From an uncultured Gammaproteobacteria bacterium (GTDB lineage: Bacteria; Patescibacteriota; Microgenomatia; UBA8517), in contig CAZPLB010000001.1 in assembly GCA_964587425.1 (NCBI GenBank), positions 145,518-209,517 on the forward strand: a stretch of DNA of 64,000 nt. The letters are read 5' to 3'. The position numbers and the translations under genes are program-made. The notes beneath the pieces were generated by a model that made no database searches, was not told where the DNA came from, and was given only the letters and a program-made list of their open reading frames with translations. Of the stretch, positions 10,364 to 19,453 are shown piece after piece (within the stretch, counting starts at the first letter, position 1; each line of letters starts with the position of its first letter).

Positions 10364-10367
10364 GAAG

Positions 10368-10697
10368 CTATTTTATCACTTTTTTGATTTTGGTGGCCCA
10401 AACGTTTGCCCATTCATCTGCTTCAAGCAGTTTTAGTCCTTTTTGAAATCCTGGTCCCTCCTTTGATTTTTTGATCTGTAGAATGGTTTTGTCTGGTACA
10501 TTTAGGTTTTCCTTTATGTTTTCATTTGATCTACCTTTTTTTAGCCAGTAGGCAACTGCAAGACGTTTGGCGAGAGTCTCAAATTCCTTTGGTGTTAGAA
10601 AGTCTTCAAGAAATTCATATGTGCCATTTTTATCCTTAAATTCACTGAGGACTTTGGCAAGAGTAATTTTAATTTGTTTTTCTAAAATTTTGTTCAT
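10368..10697 (-). CDS. TrpR-like YerC/YecD HTH protein
   Basis: FLEDFLTPKEFETLAKRLAVAYWLKKG followed by an HTH. Confidence 0.75.
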   Translation of the reverse strand: MNKILEKQIKITLAKVLSEFKDKNGTYEFLEDFLTPKEFETLAKRLAVAYWLKKGRSNENIKENLNVPDKTILQIKKSKEGPGFQKGLKLLEADEWANVWATKIKKVIK

Positions 10698-11034
10698 TTC
10701 TATTTGTATACCAGATATAGCTTTCAAGGGAAATTAATATGCCAACAATTAAGAGGAAGTTTATAATATTTCCCACCCCAAAGAATCTCAAGACAGCAAA
10801 GAATGTTATACCACTTGCTACCATCAGTCCACGCCTAAGATTTGCAAATATAATAGAAGCAGTGAAAAGAGTTGCAAGGAAAAGAAGGATAAAAAATAAT
10901 GGAACTAGACCAAAGTTTTCTGGATTTGTGAAGTAAACGATGAAGAAAAGCGCTCCCCAGAGAGTAATTGTTAGTATTAGTGTGGGTAGGAAACTTTTTC
11001 TTTTTTTGATTTCTTTCTTACGTCTATCCTTCAC
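10669..11034 (-). CDS. Four-TM membrane protein
   Basis: Basic N-terminus plus four hydrophobic segments; TATAAT 6 nt before the GTG. Confidence 0.65.
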   Translation of the reverse strand: MKDRRKKEIKKRKSFLPTLILTITLWGALFFIVYFTNPENFGLVPLFFILLFLATLFTASIIFANLRRGLMVASGITFFAVLRFFGVGNIINFLLIVGILISLESYIWYTNRNEQNFRKTN

Positions 11035-11048
11035 GGTATAATTATATT
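11035..11048. promoter_or_regulatory. Bidirectional overlapping -10 boxes serving two divergent genes
   Basis: TATAAT on + (11037-11042) 6 nt before ATG 11049; TATAAT on - (11046-11041) 6 nt before GTG 11034. Confidence 0.65.
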
Positions 11049-11975
11049 ATGGATTTAATGATTATTCTTGCCACTTTAGTTATTGGGTTTATAGTGCTTG
11101 GGTATCTTGTATCTCGCAAGCAGAAACCATCAAACGATATTCTTGAATATTTGAAGGTAACTAATACCCGTCTTGATAGGCAGGGACAAAATTTTAACGA
11201 GAGACTTGATAATGCTGCAAACGTAATTTCGCAGGTGCAGAGAAATATTGGAGAGATGAGTGAGATAGGGCGTAGCATGAAGGACTTGCAGGAATTTTTA
11301 CAGTCTCCAAAACTTCGTGGAAATATTGGAGAGCAGGTTTTGAAGGAGCTTTTGGGACAGAGTTTGCCTAAGGGGTCTTTTCATTTGCAGTATGCATTTA
11401 AAAGTGGGGCAAAGGTTGATGCTGCAATTAAAACATCGGCTGGAATAATACCAATAGATTCTAAGTTTCCGATGGAGAACTTTCGAAGAATGATGAAGGA
11501 TCCAACCTTAAGTGAAGCGAAGAAAGATTTTGAAAGGGATGTAAGGAAACACATTGATGATATATCTAAAAAATATATTTTAACTGATGAGGGGACTATT
11601 GATTATGCGTTGATGTATATACCAAGTGAGGCGGTGTATTACGAAATAGTTAACAATCAAGACCTTTTTGAATATTCAAACAAGATGAGAGTCTTGCCTG
11701 TTTCCCCTACTACTTTTTATGCATATATGAAGGTGATATTAATGAGTTTTGAAGGGCAGAAGATTGAAGAGAGGGCAAAACAGATACTTTCTTCAATACG
11801 TGCCATACAGAAAGATTATTTGAAGGTGGAAGGAGATTTGGGAATACTGCAGAAACATTTAAATAGTGCATATGTAAAAATGGGTGACGTTTTTTCTGCA
11901 TTTGGTAGGCTTGGAGGAAAAATTAGTGCAACTAATAATTTGGGTGACGAAGAGTCTTCTCAAAAAATCTCCTAG
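11049..11975 (+). CDS. rmuC: DNA recombination protein RmuC
   Basis: TM + coiled coil, KLRGNIGE, IPIDSKFP, MYIPSEAVY, VSPTT. Confidence 0.92.
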   Translation: MDLMIILATLVIGFIVLGYLVSRKQKPSNDILEYLKVTNTRLDRQGQNFNERLDNAANVISQVQRNIGEMSEIGRSMKDLQEFLQSPKLRGNIGEQVLKELLGQSLPKGSFHLQYAFKSGAKVDAAIKTSAGIIPIDSKFPMENFRRMMKDPTLSEAKKDFERDVRKHIDDISKKYILTDEGTIDYALMYIPSEAVYYEIVNNQDLFEYSNKMRVLPVSPTTFYAYMKVILMSFEGQKIEERAKQILSSIRAIQKDYLKVEGDLGILQKHLNSAYVKMGDVFSAFGRLGGKISATNNLGDEESSQKIS

Positions 11976-11990
11976 TGTTAGAATGTTTGC

Positions 11991-12296
11991 ATGATTAGTG
12001 AAAATCAGAGACTAAGGATTGTTTCGGCGCTTGAAGAAGGAAATATTTCTTCGAAAGAAACACTAATGAAAATGGCAGCAAAAGGGATTCAAAAGGATAA
12101 TAAAATATTAGTTGTCTCTTGTGATTTTTTGGGTGACTGTTTGGTCGGTGTTGCTATTGGATATGACAAAATCAATGGTCGACCTGCGAAATTGTTTATA
12201 GAATGTACTAGACATGATGGATCTATTCATACTCTTGTCGTAGATGAAAATAGTTGGATTGAGAGGTTTGTGTGGGATTATTTGGTGTTAGAATAG
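11991..12296 (+). CDS. Hypothetical protein (orphan)
   Basis: 101-aa ORF with TAGAAT 6 nt upstream. Confidence 0.6.
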   Translation: MISENQRLRIVSALEEGNISSKETLMKMAAKGIQKDNKILVVSCDFLGDCLVGVAIGYDKINGRPAKLFIECTRHDGSIHTLVVDENSWIERFVWDYLVLE

Positions 12297-12300
12297 CTTC

Positions 12301-15189
12301 ATGTCGAATGAAAAAGAATTGAATAAAGAGCAACTTCAGGCTGTTAGACACAAAACAGGTCCACTCCTTGTAATTGCTGGGGCTGGGACTGGGAAGACTA
12401 CTGTAATTACTGAGAGAATTAAATATTTAATTGAAAAAGGTTTAACACGCCCTGAAGAAATACTTGCTCTCACTTTTACTGAAAAGGCCTCAAGAGAAAT
12501 GGAGGCAAGAGTGGATGTGGCACTTCCCTATGGATATACCAATATGTGGATAATGACATTCCATTCATTTTGCGAAAGGATATTAAGGCAGCACGGTCTA
12601 CACATTGGACTTGACCCGAGGTTTAAATTGATGACCGAAACTGAAACGGTGCAGTTGATTCGAAAAAATATTTTCCTTTTTAAGTTAAATTATTTTAGAC
12701 CTTTGGGGAATCCAAATAAATTTATAGGAGGGATGATACAACACTTTTCAAGACTCCAGGATGAGGATGTATCACCTGCCGATTATCTTGATTGGGCAAG
12801 AAAAAAACAAAAGAGGAAGGATATTACTGAAGAACAAAAGAGTGAAAGTGAAAAATGGCTGGAGCTTTCAAATGCATTCAGAACACATGAGGAGTTGAAA
12901 GTTAAAAGTGGGTTTATGGACTTTGGGGATTTAATTGCAAAAACATTAAAACTTTTAAGGGACAGACCGAATATATTAAAGGAGTATCAGAAACAGTTTA
13001 AATACATTCTTATAGATGAATTCCAAGATACTAATTATGCACAAAATAAACTAGCTCTTCTAATGGTCGGAAAAGAGAAAAATATTACAGTGGTTGGGGA
13101 TGATGATCAAAGTGTGTACCGTTTTCGCGGAGCGGCGGTAAGTAATATTATTCAATTCAGAAAGAGTTTTCCGAAAGCTAAAGTTGTTGTTTTAACAAGA
13201 AATTATAGATCGACACAGGAAATATTGGATAGGTCGTATGATTTAATACAACACAATAATCCAGATAGGTTGGAGGTTGTCGAGAAAATTGACAAGCGAT
13301 TGGTGGCACTGGCGAGTACGAGAAAGCCGGCAAAGGTGAGATTTATACACACCGACAGAGTGGAAAATGAAGCAGAAGAAGTTGCAAAGGAAATTAAAAA
13401 GTTGTCCAGTAGGTATGACTACAAAGATTTTGCAATATTGGTTCGAGCCAATAATCATGCAGAACCATTTAGTCGCTCACTTTCGAGAAATGGAATTCCA
13501 TATCAGTTTTTGGGTCCTGGGAGACTATTTAAACAGCCTGAAATTATTGACTTAATATCGTATCTCAAAGTTTTGTATAACTTTGAGGATTCAGTATCAA
13601 TGTATCGAATCCTCACAATGCCTGAATTTGAAGTTGACGCAAGAGATGTAGCTAAAATTGGGAATTATGCGAAAAAATATAATTTAAGTTTGTTCGAAGT
13701 ATGTGAGAAGGTAAATGAGATTTTGGTTAGCGGGGAAACAAAAACTAAGGTTGGTAAAATTCTTCAAATAATCATAAAACACTTGGGATTAATTCGAAAA
13801 GAAAGTGCTGGACAAATTCTCTATTACTTTTTGGAGGAGAGTGGATTACTTCGGAATTTAATTGACCCTAAATCGAAGGATGTAGAAAAGAGGGCGGGCA
13901 ATATATCAAAATTTTTTGATAAATTGAAATCTTATGAAACGGATCATGAGGATGCAAATGTTTTTGCGATTGTTGATTGGATTGATTTATCACAGGAATT
14001 GGGAGAGTCTCCAATGGCAACAGACAATGATTGGGGAGAAATTAATGCAGTAAACATATTAACAGTTCACTCTTCAAAAGGTCTTGAGTTCCCCATTGTA
14101 TTTTTAATCAATTTGGTTGGAGAAAGGTTTCCAACTAGAGAGAGACACGAACAGATTCCAATTCCAAATGAATTAATTAAAGAAGTCCTTCCACAGGGGG
14201 ACTACCATATGGAGGAAGAAAGAAGACTTTTCTATGTTGGGATGACAAGGGCAAAGGAAAGACTTTATTTGACTGCAGCTAATTATTATGGGGAGGGAAA
14301 GCGCGAAAAGAAATTGAGTCCATTTATATCTGAGGCGCTTGGTGGGGCATTGGCAACTGAAAAACAAATAATTCAAAAGGGAGGAAAAGTGTTTTTGGGC
14401 TATTCAAATGATGAGATTAGGACTGGAGAGGATTCACATAAATTGAAAATTAATTATCTTTCTTATTCTCAGATTGAAACATTTAAAATTTGCCCTCTTC
14501 ATTACAAGTTGAAATATATATTAAGGATTCCGACTCCAACATCTGCTTCACAATCTTTTGGTATTTCAATACATTCTACGCTGCAGAAATTTTATGAGGG
14601 AGTCAGAGATGGGGATAAACCAAACGAAAAATATATCTTCAAAGTTTTGGAAGATAACTGGGTAAAGGAAGGATTCACAAGTAAAAAACATGAAGATAAA
14701 TTTTATGGGCAAGCAAAGGAATTTTTGAGTGAATTTTTGGAAGAGCAATTTAACTCTGATCACTTGCCTGTAGCTATGGAAATTCCTTTTACAATTCCGC
14801 TTTCAAATGATTTGAAGATTGGTGGGAAGATAGATAGGGTGGATGAGCTTGCTGACGGTAGAATTGAAATTTGGGATTATAAAACTGGGGCAAATGTTCC
14901 AACACAAAGGGAAGTAGATCACGATATGCAGCTTACTTTTTATGCTCTGGCTGCAACTACTCTTCAGGAAAAACCTTTTGGTAAAAAAGCAGAAGAAGTT
15001 TTACTGACACTTTACTATTTTGATGGAAAGAAAAAGATTACAACAACAAGGACAAAGGAGGATTTGGAAAAAGTAAAAAAAGAAATACTTAAGTTTAGAG
15101 ATGAAATTAATAAGTCTAGTTTCAAATGTTCTGACAACATGCTTTGTAAAAATTGCGAATACAAACTTCTTTGCAGTGTGGAGGAATAA
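12301..15189 (+). CDS. UvrD-family helicase fused to a C-terminal PD-(D/E)XK nuclease with Fe-S-type Cys motif (AdnB/AddA-like)
   Basis: AGAGTGKT, DEFQD, EERRLFYVGMTRA; C-terminal CPLHY...GKIDRVD...IWDYKTG...CKNCEYKLLC. Confidence 0.9.
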   Translation: MSNEKELNKEQLQAVRHKTGPLLVIAGAGTGKTTVITERIKYLIEKGLTRPEEILALTFTEKASREMEARVDVALPYGYTNMWIMTFHSFCERILRQHGLHIGLDPRFKLMTETETVQLIRKNIFLFKLNYFRPLGNPNKFIGGMIQHFSRLQDEDVSPADYLDWARKKQKRKDITEEQKSESEKWLELSNAFRTHEELKVKSGFMDFGDLIAKTLKLLRDRPNILKEYQKQFKYILIDEFQDTNYAQNKLALLMVGKEKNITVVGDDDQSVYRFRGAAVSNIIQFRKSFPKAKVVVLTRNYRSTQEILDRSYDLIQHNNPDRLEVVEKIDKRLVALASTRKPAKVRFIHTDRVENEAEEVAKEIKKLSSRYDYKDFAILVRANNHAEPFSRSLSRNGIPYQFLGPGRLFKQPEIIDLISYLKVLYNFEDSVSMYRILTMPEFEVDARDVAKIGNYAKKYNLSLFEVCEKVNEILVSGETKTKVGKILQIIIKHLGLIRKESAGQILYYFLEESGLLRNLIDPKSKDVEKRAGNISKFFDKLKSYETDHEDANVFAIVDWIDLSQELGESPMATDNDWGEINAVNILTVHSSKGLEFPIVFLINLVGERFPTRERHEQIPIPNELIKEVLPQGDYHMEEERRLFYVGMTRAKERLYLTAANYYGEGKREKKLSPFISEALGGALATEKQIIQKGGKVFLGYSNDEIRTGEDSHKLKINYLSYSQIETFKICPLHYKLKYILRIPTPTSASQSFGISIHSTLQKFYEGVRDGDKPNEKYIFKVLEDNWVKEGFTSKKHEDKFYGQAKEFLSEFLEEQFNSDHLPVAMEIPFTIPLSNDLKIGGKIDRVDELADGRIEIWDYKTGANVPTQREVDHDMQLTFYALAATTLQEKPFGKKAEEVLLTLYYFDGKKKITTTRTKEDLEKVKKEILKFRDEINKSSFKCSDNMLCKNCEYKLLCSVEE

Positions 15190-15450
15190 TTATTTGAAGC
15201 TTATTATCAGCAATCCTTTTTCCTTGATTTCAGATTGACTCCAGAATTTTTGTTTCTTGGTATCTAGCACAAAAATGATTTCTTTCTCTAATTTTCTCCC
15301 TGTGTACTTTTTTGTTTTTGGATCAAATTCTTCGAGGACTAAGATATCACCAATTTTGCATTTAAAATCGGAAAGTCTTACATCGAAAGTTTTGTTGCCG
15401 TCTAGAATTTCTTGGAAATATGGCATCCACGTTTTTTTTCTGATTTTCAT
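15190..15450 (-). CDS. ASCH/DUF3850-like PUA-fold protein
   Basis: PYFQEILDGNKTFDVR...GDILVLEEFD...YTGR. Confidence 0.8.
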   Translation of the reverse strand: MKIRKKTWMPYFQEILDGNKTFDVRLSDFKCKIGDILVLEEFDPKTKKYTGRKLEKEIIFVLDTKKQKFWSQSEIKEKGLLIISFK

Positions 15451-15471
15451 ACACTATAATACTCTAGTTTT

Positions 15472-15846
15472 ATGGAAACACTAAGGAGACCCGATATTTA
15501 TTTGAATACAAACGGTAGTGATTTTTATGGGAATAACCCAATGCAATATTTTGTTGAGATTGATGCTTTTCAGAGAAAAATGGAAGAGGAAAGTGAAAAG
15601 GCAGACGTTCACGTAAAGAGATGTCGTGTTGCCATAATTGTGATGGCGACATCTTTAACTCTCAATCCAATAGCTAGTGCAATTATGGTTACTCCAATAT
15701 TGTGGGAATTAAGTAAAATTATAAAGCATACAAAAACAGCAGATAAATTACAGGAACAAGTTGTGACGCTTATGCGAGATAGGTTTCTTGAATTGATGTT
15801 TATTAAAAATAATACTTCTCTTAATGGAACAGATAACTTAAATTAA
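15472..15846 (+). CDS. Hypothetical protein with a central hydrophobic segment (orphan)
   Basis: 124-aa ORF with TATAAT upstream. Confidence 0.55.
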   Translation: METLRRPDIYLNTNGSDFYGNNPMQYFVEIDAFQRKMEEESEKADVHVKRCRVAIIVMATSLTLNPIASAIMVTPILWELSKIIKHTKTADKLQEQVVTLMRDRFLELMFIKNNTSLNGTDNLN

Positions 15847-16639
15847 ATATGGTTTTTGTAAAACAACCTGGGTATTCTGTTTCTTGTCCACCAAACCTTT
15901 TTTTAAATCTTGTGAAGCCGAGCCAACTTTTGATTGGAAATCTTTCATCATAGATGCCATCAAAATCATAGACCTTGAAACCTTTCTTTTTTGCAAATTG
16001 GATCGTATGCCATGTTAATAATGTTGGTGCAAAAAGTTTATTCCCTTCCTTGGTTGATGCGGCATGCATGTAATAAGCTGTGTCCTTTGTTGTTAGAAGT
16101 AAAATTCCAGCAAGTAATTTATTATTTTTGTATGCACAGAATAGGTGTGTGTTTTTATCAAAGGCTTCATTTAGCTTGATGATATTTTTTTTCTGAGAGA
16201 AAAAGTTGCCTTTAAGTTTTGCAAACTTTTCTATTTCATTTGACTCTCCAATTTCCAATCCTTTTCTTTTTGCAAGACCAATGTTGTAGCGGGTTTTGGA
16301 GTACATTTCTTTCAATAGTTTTTCCTTTGTTTTTGTTAGATCAATTTGAATTGTTTTTGTTGGGAGGGATGGGGAATTGGAAAGTTTGAAATTGTGGTTT
16401 AGTAAAAGTGTTTTACTTTTATTATTGTCTGGTTCAATAGAAAATTGGAAAGGGTGATATTTTAATTCAACGAAATTTATAATTTTGCTGTTTAGAACTG
16501 AAGGACGCTGTATTTTTGCAAACCAACCAAGTACGGGGATCTTTTTAAGATATATAAAAATGCCGTCTACTGTTCCTACTTTCCAACCACTAGATTCAAG
16601 GTATTTGGCGTACTCTTTTACTTGCCTAATATCTGTCAT
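15821..16639 (-). CDS. FemABX-family peptidoglycan peptidyltransferase
   Basis: IDLT..KEKLL..SKTRYNIGLA, YDFDG, GFTRFKKRFGG. Confidence 0.88.
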   Translation of the reverse strand: MTDIRQVKEYAKYLESSGWKVGTVDGIFIYLKKIPVLGWFAKIQRPSVLNSKIINFVELKYHPFQFSIEPDNNKSKTLLLNHNFKLSNSPSLPTKTIQIDLTKTKEKLLKEMYSKTRYNIGLAKRKGLEIGESNEIEKFAKLKGNFFSQKKNIIKLNEAFDKNTHLFCAYKNNKLLAGILLLTTKDTAYYMHAASTKEGNKLFAPTLLTWHTIQFAKKKGFKVYDFDGIYDERFPIKSWLGFTRFKKRFGGQETEYPGCFTKTIFNLSYLFH

Positions 16640-17583
16640 TAGAAGGTTGGGTTAACGAATTTACTTTTGCTTCGGAGAACTAGCCATCTAGTGAATTCCA
16701 TCATTCTGTATAAATAATACATTGGTTTATTAATTATTAAGTCCCAGGTTCCTAGGAATTCTACAACTTGTGGGTTATATCCTTCTTTAAATTTAGTAAA
16801 TCCTTTTCCTTCTTCTCTTCCCCAAAGATCAAAAGTGTTGAGATTATGTTTTTTTCCAAATTTGATTGCTTCCCACATCATGAGATTATTTGCCATTATG
16901 TTTTTGTATTTGTGAGTGGAAGCTCCATATGGATAGTAAAGAAATTTGTCGTGTGCAAAAAGTATCCAAGCAGTTACTATTTCACCATTGTATTTTGCAA
17001 CTAGGAGGTGGGCTATGTTTTCTTTGTGTAAAACGTCCCACATTAGTTTGTGATATTTTTCTGAGTGTGCATAGAACTTGTCTCGTTGGACTGTTTCACG
17101 CATGAGTTCAAGATACTTTTCAAATGCTTCATTTGAATTATCTTCACTTACTTTCACTCCTTTCTTTTGGGCTAGTCTAATGTTGTAGCGGGTTTTTGAG
17201 GAGAAACTTTTCATTAGTTCCTCTTCACTTCTGGTTAGGTCTATCCAAAAGGTAGTTGGGGTGAAGATTGTTTTTCCTGGAACACCTCCGAATTTTTTTA
17301 TTTCCCATACAATTTTCTCTTTATCAGCGCAGGCGATACCTCCTTTTTTGATTACATAATTTGGCTCAAGCTTTATGAATATTAAGTTGTTTTCTCTTCC
17401 AAAAGAGGTTAGTGCTTTTAGCATTTCTTCTGTTGGCATTTCACCTTTTTCAAAAATTGCCAGTTTTTTGTTTAGAAATGGAATGGCGTGAATAGTTAAC
17501 AATGAACTGTCTACTCGAGCAGTAGTATTGCCCCATTTTTCGCGGAAGGTTTCCCAGGCTTTGGTTTGAAGAGGGTGAGACAT
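16639..17583 (-). CDS. FemABX-family peptidoglycan peptidyltransferase
   Basis: HPLQTKAW, IKLEP, KTRYNIRLA, FDLWG, GFTKFKEGY. The start could be 17610. Confidence 0.9.
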   Translation of the reverse strand: MSHPLQTKAWETFREKWGNTTARVDSSLLTIHAIPFLNKKLAIFEKGEMPTEEMLKALTSFGRENNLIFIKLEPNYVIKKGGIACADKEKIVWEIKKFGGVPGKTIFTPTTFWIDLTRSEEELMKSFSSKTRYNIRLAQKKGVKVSEDNSNEAFEKYLELMRETVQRDKFYAHSEKYHKLMWDVLHKENIAHLLVAKYNGEIVTAWILFAHDKFLYYPYGASTHKYKNIMANNLMMWEAIKFGKKHNLNTFDLWGREEGKGFTKFKEGYNPQVVEFLGTWDLIINKPMYYLYRMMEFTRWLVLRSKSKFVNPTF

Positions 17584-17593
17584 ATAGCCAATT

Positions 17594-19453
17594 TTACCAG
17601 TTAAAGTCATCTTTGTCTTCGAAGTTGTATTCTTTGATATGTTTATTTTCTATGTTGCCCACACTCTCTAACAAATTTTCTGGAATATCTATAATAAATC
17701 TGGATGGAGGATTACTGGTGTTTTGACCAAAGAAAAGTCTGTGAGCAGCGTATGTTAGATAGACCATGTCTTTGGCTCTTGTTATGCCAACATATGCAAG
17801 ACGTCTTTCTTCTTCAAGTTGGGTACTGTCAAATAGCGATCTTGAGTGGGGGAAGATTCCTTCCTCCATACCAATTATAAAAACGATTGGGAACTCAAGA
17901 CCTTTGGCTGAATGGACTGTCATTAGGGTCACTCTTTCATTTTCTTTTGCAGCACCAGCAATACTTTTCTTTTCTTCTGCTTCAACTAGACTCACATTTT
18001 CAAGAAAATCGAGGAGGAGCGGAAACTCTGTAGCCACACTTCTTAATTCTTTGATATTTTCAAGCCGGGTTATATTTTCCTCTGTTTCTTTCTGGTATAG
18101 ATCGAGGTAGCTAATTTCTTTGGTGAGGTTATCCATAATTTCAAGAGTTGTATATTTATCAAAAGCATTTGCTTCACTTCCTATTTTTTCCTGGAATGAT
18201 TTAAATTTCTCAAATCTTCTTACTCCTAATTTTTCAATTCTTTTTTTTGATACTTTATCCTTTGTGTTTGCAAGAACCCGCATGTAGGAAATGATATCTT
18301 TTACTTCTTTTCTGTCGTAGAATTTTGTTCCTCCTATTAATGTATAGGGAATACCAGCATGGATGAGAGCCTCTTCAATTACACGGGATTGGGCATTGGT
18401 TCTATAGAGGACAGCAAATTTATTGTAAGAGGCACCAAAATTTGTGACTTGTGACTGAATCTCTGATACTACAAAACTTGCTTCATCAAAACCGCTTTTT
18501 GCTGAATGTAGTTTTATTTTTTTACCTTCTTTATTTTGGGTCCATAATTTCAAGATGGGGTGGGAGGTGTTTCTTGAGATTATTGAGTTTGCAGCATCTA
18601 GAATATTTTGAGTGGATCTATAGTTTTGTTCAAGATTAATAACTTTTAATTTTGGATAGTCTTTTGATAAATTATTTATGTTTCTGTAGTCTGCGCCTCT
18701 CCATGAATAGATTGACTGGCTCGCATCGCCTACAGCTGTTAGGTTACCACTGTCACCTACAAGCAGTTTGGTGAGGGTGTATTGAATTTTGTTTGTATCC
18801 TGCCATTCGTCTACTAGGATATGGGTTAGTTTTTTATTCCACTTTGATTTAATTTCCGGAACCTTTAGAACATCAACTGCTTTAATTAGGATGTCGTCAA
18901 AGTCGAGGGCATTAATTTCCTTCAGACTTTTTTGATATGAGTTATATATTTTGAACACTTTTTCTTGAAAGTCACCGCGTGCGATTTCACCGTATTCAAG
19001 AGCTGTTATCATTTGGGACTTTGAGGATGAGATTTCGGCTAAAATACTATTTGCATTGTATGCATCTTCATCTAGGTTCATCTCTCTTAACATCTCTTTT
19101 ATTAAATCTTTTTGATCGGAGTCGTCGTAGATAATAAAGTTTGGTTCAATGCCTATAACATTTCCATCAATTCTTAATAGTTTTACACAAAAAGAATGAA
19201 AGGTACCAACAAAGCCTGGCATACTTGTTGATATTTTTGCGATTCTTTCCTTCATTTCCTTTGCAGCTTTGTTTGTAAAGGTAGTTAGGAGTATCTTGTC
19301 CGGTGAAACGTGTTTTTCTTCAATGAACCAGGCGGCTCGGTGGGTTAGTACCTTTGTTTTTCCAGAACCGGCCCCGGCCAGTATCAAGAGCTTGTCTCCC
19401 TCAAAGGTTACTGCTTCGAGCTGTTTTTCGTTTAGATTTGATACAATGTTCAT
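17594..19453 (-). CDS. pcrA: ATP-dependent DNA helicase PcrA/UvrD
   Basis: AGAGSGKT, DEWQDTN, QSIYSWRGAD, LYRTNAQSR, EEERRLAYVGITRA. Confidence 0.93.
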   Translation of the reverse strand: MNIVSNLNEKQLEAVTFEGDKLLILAGAGSGKTKVLTHRAAWFIEEKHVSPDKILLTTFTNKAAKEMKERIAKISTSMPGFVGTFHSFCVKLLRIDGNVIGIEPNFIIYDDSDQKDLIKEMLREMNLDEDAYNANSILAEISSSKSQMITALEYGEIARGDFQEKVFKIYNSYQKSLKEINALDFDDILIKAVDVLKVPEIKSKWNKKLTHILVDEWQDTNKIQYTLTKLLVGDSGNLTAVGDASQSIYSWRGADYRNINNLSKDYPKLKVINLEQNYRSTQNILDAANSIISRNTSHPILKLWTQNKEGKKIKLHSAKSGFDEASFVVSEIQSQVTNFGASYNKFAVLYRTNAQSRVIEEALIHAGIPYTLIGGTKFYDRKEVKDIISYMRVLANTKDKVSKKRIEKLGVRRFEKFKSFQEKIGSEANAFDKYTTLEIMDNLTKEISYLDLYQKETEENITRLENIKELRSVATEFPLLLDFLENVSLVEAEEKKSIAGAAKENERVTLMTVHSAKGLEFPIVFIIGMEEGIFPHSRSLFDSTQLEEERRLAYVGITRAKDMVYLTYAAHRLFFGQNTSNPPSRFIIDIPENLLESVGNIENKHIKEYNFEDKDDFNW

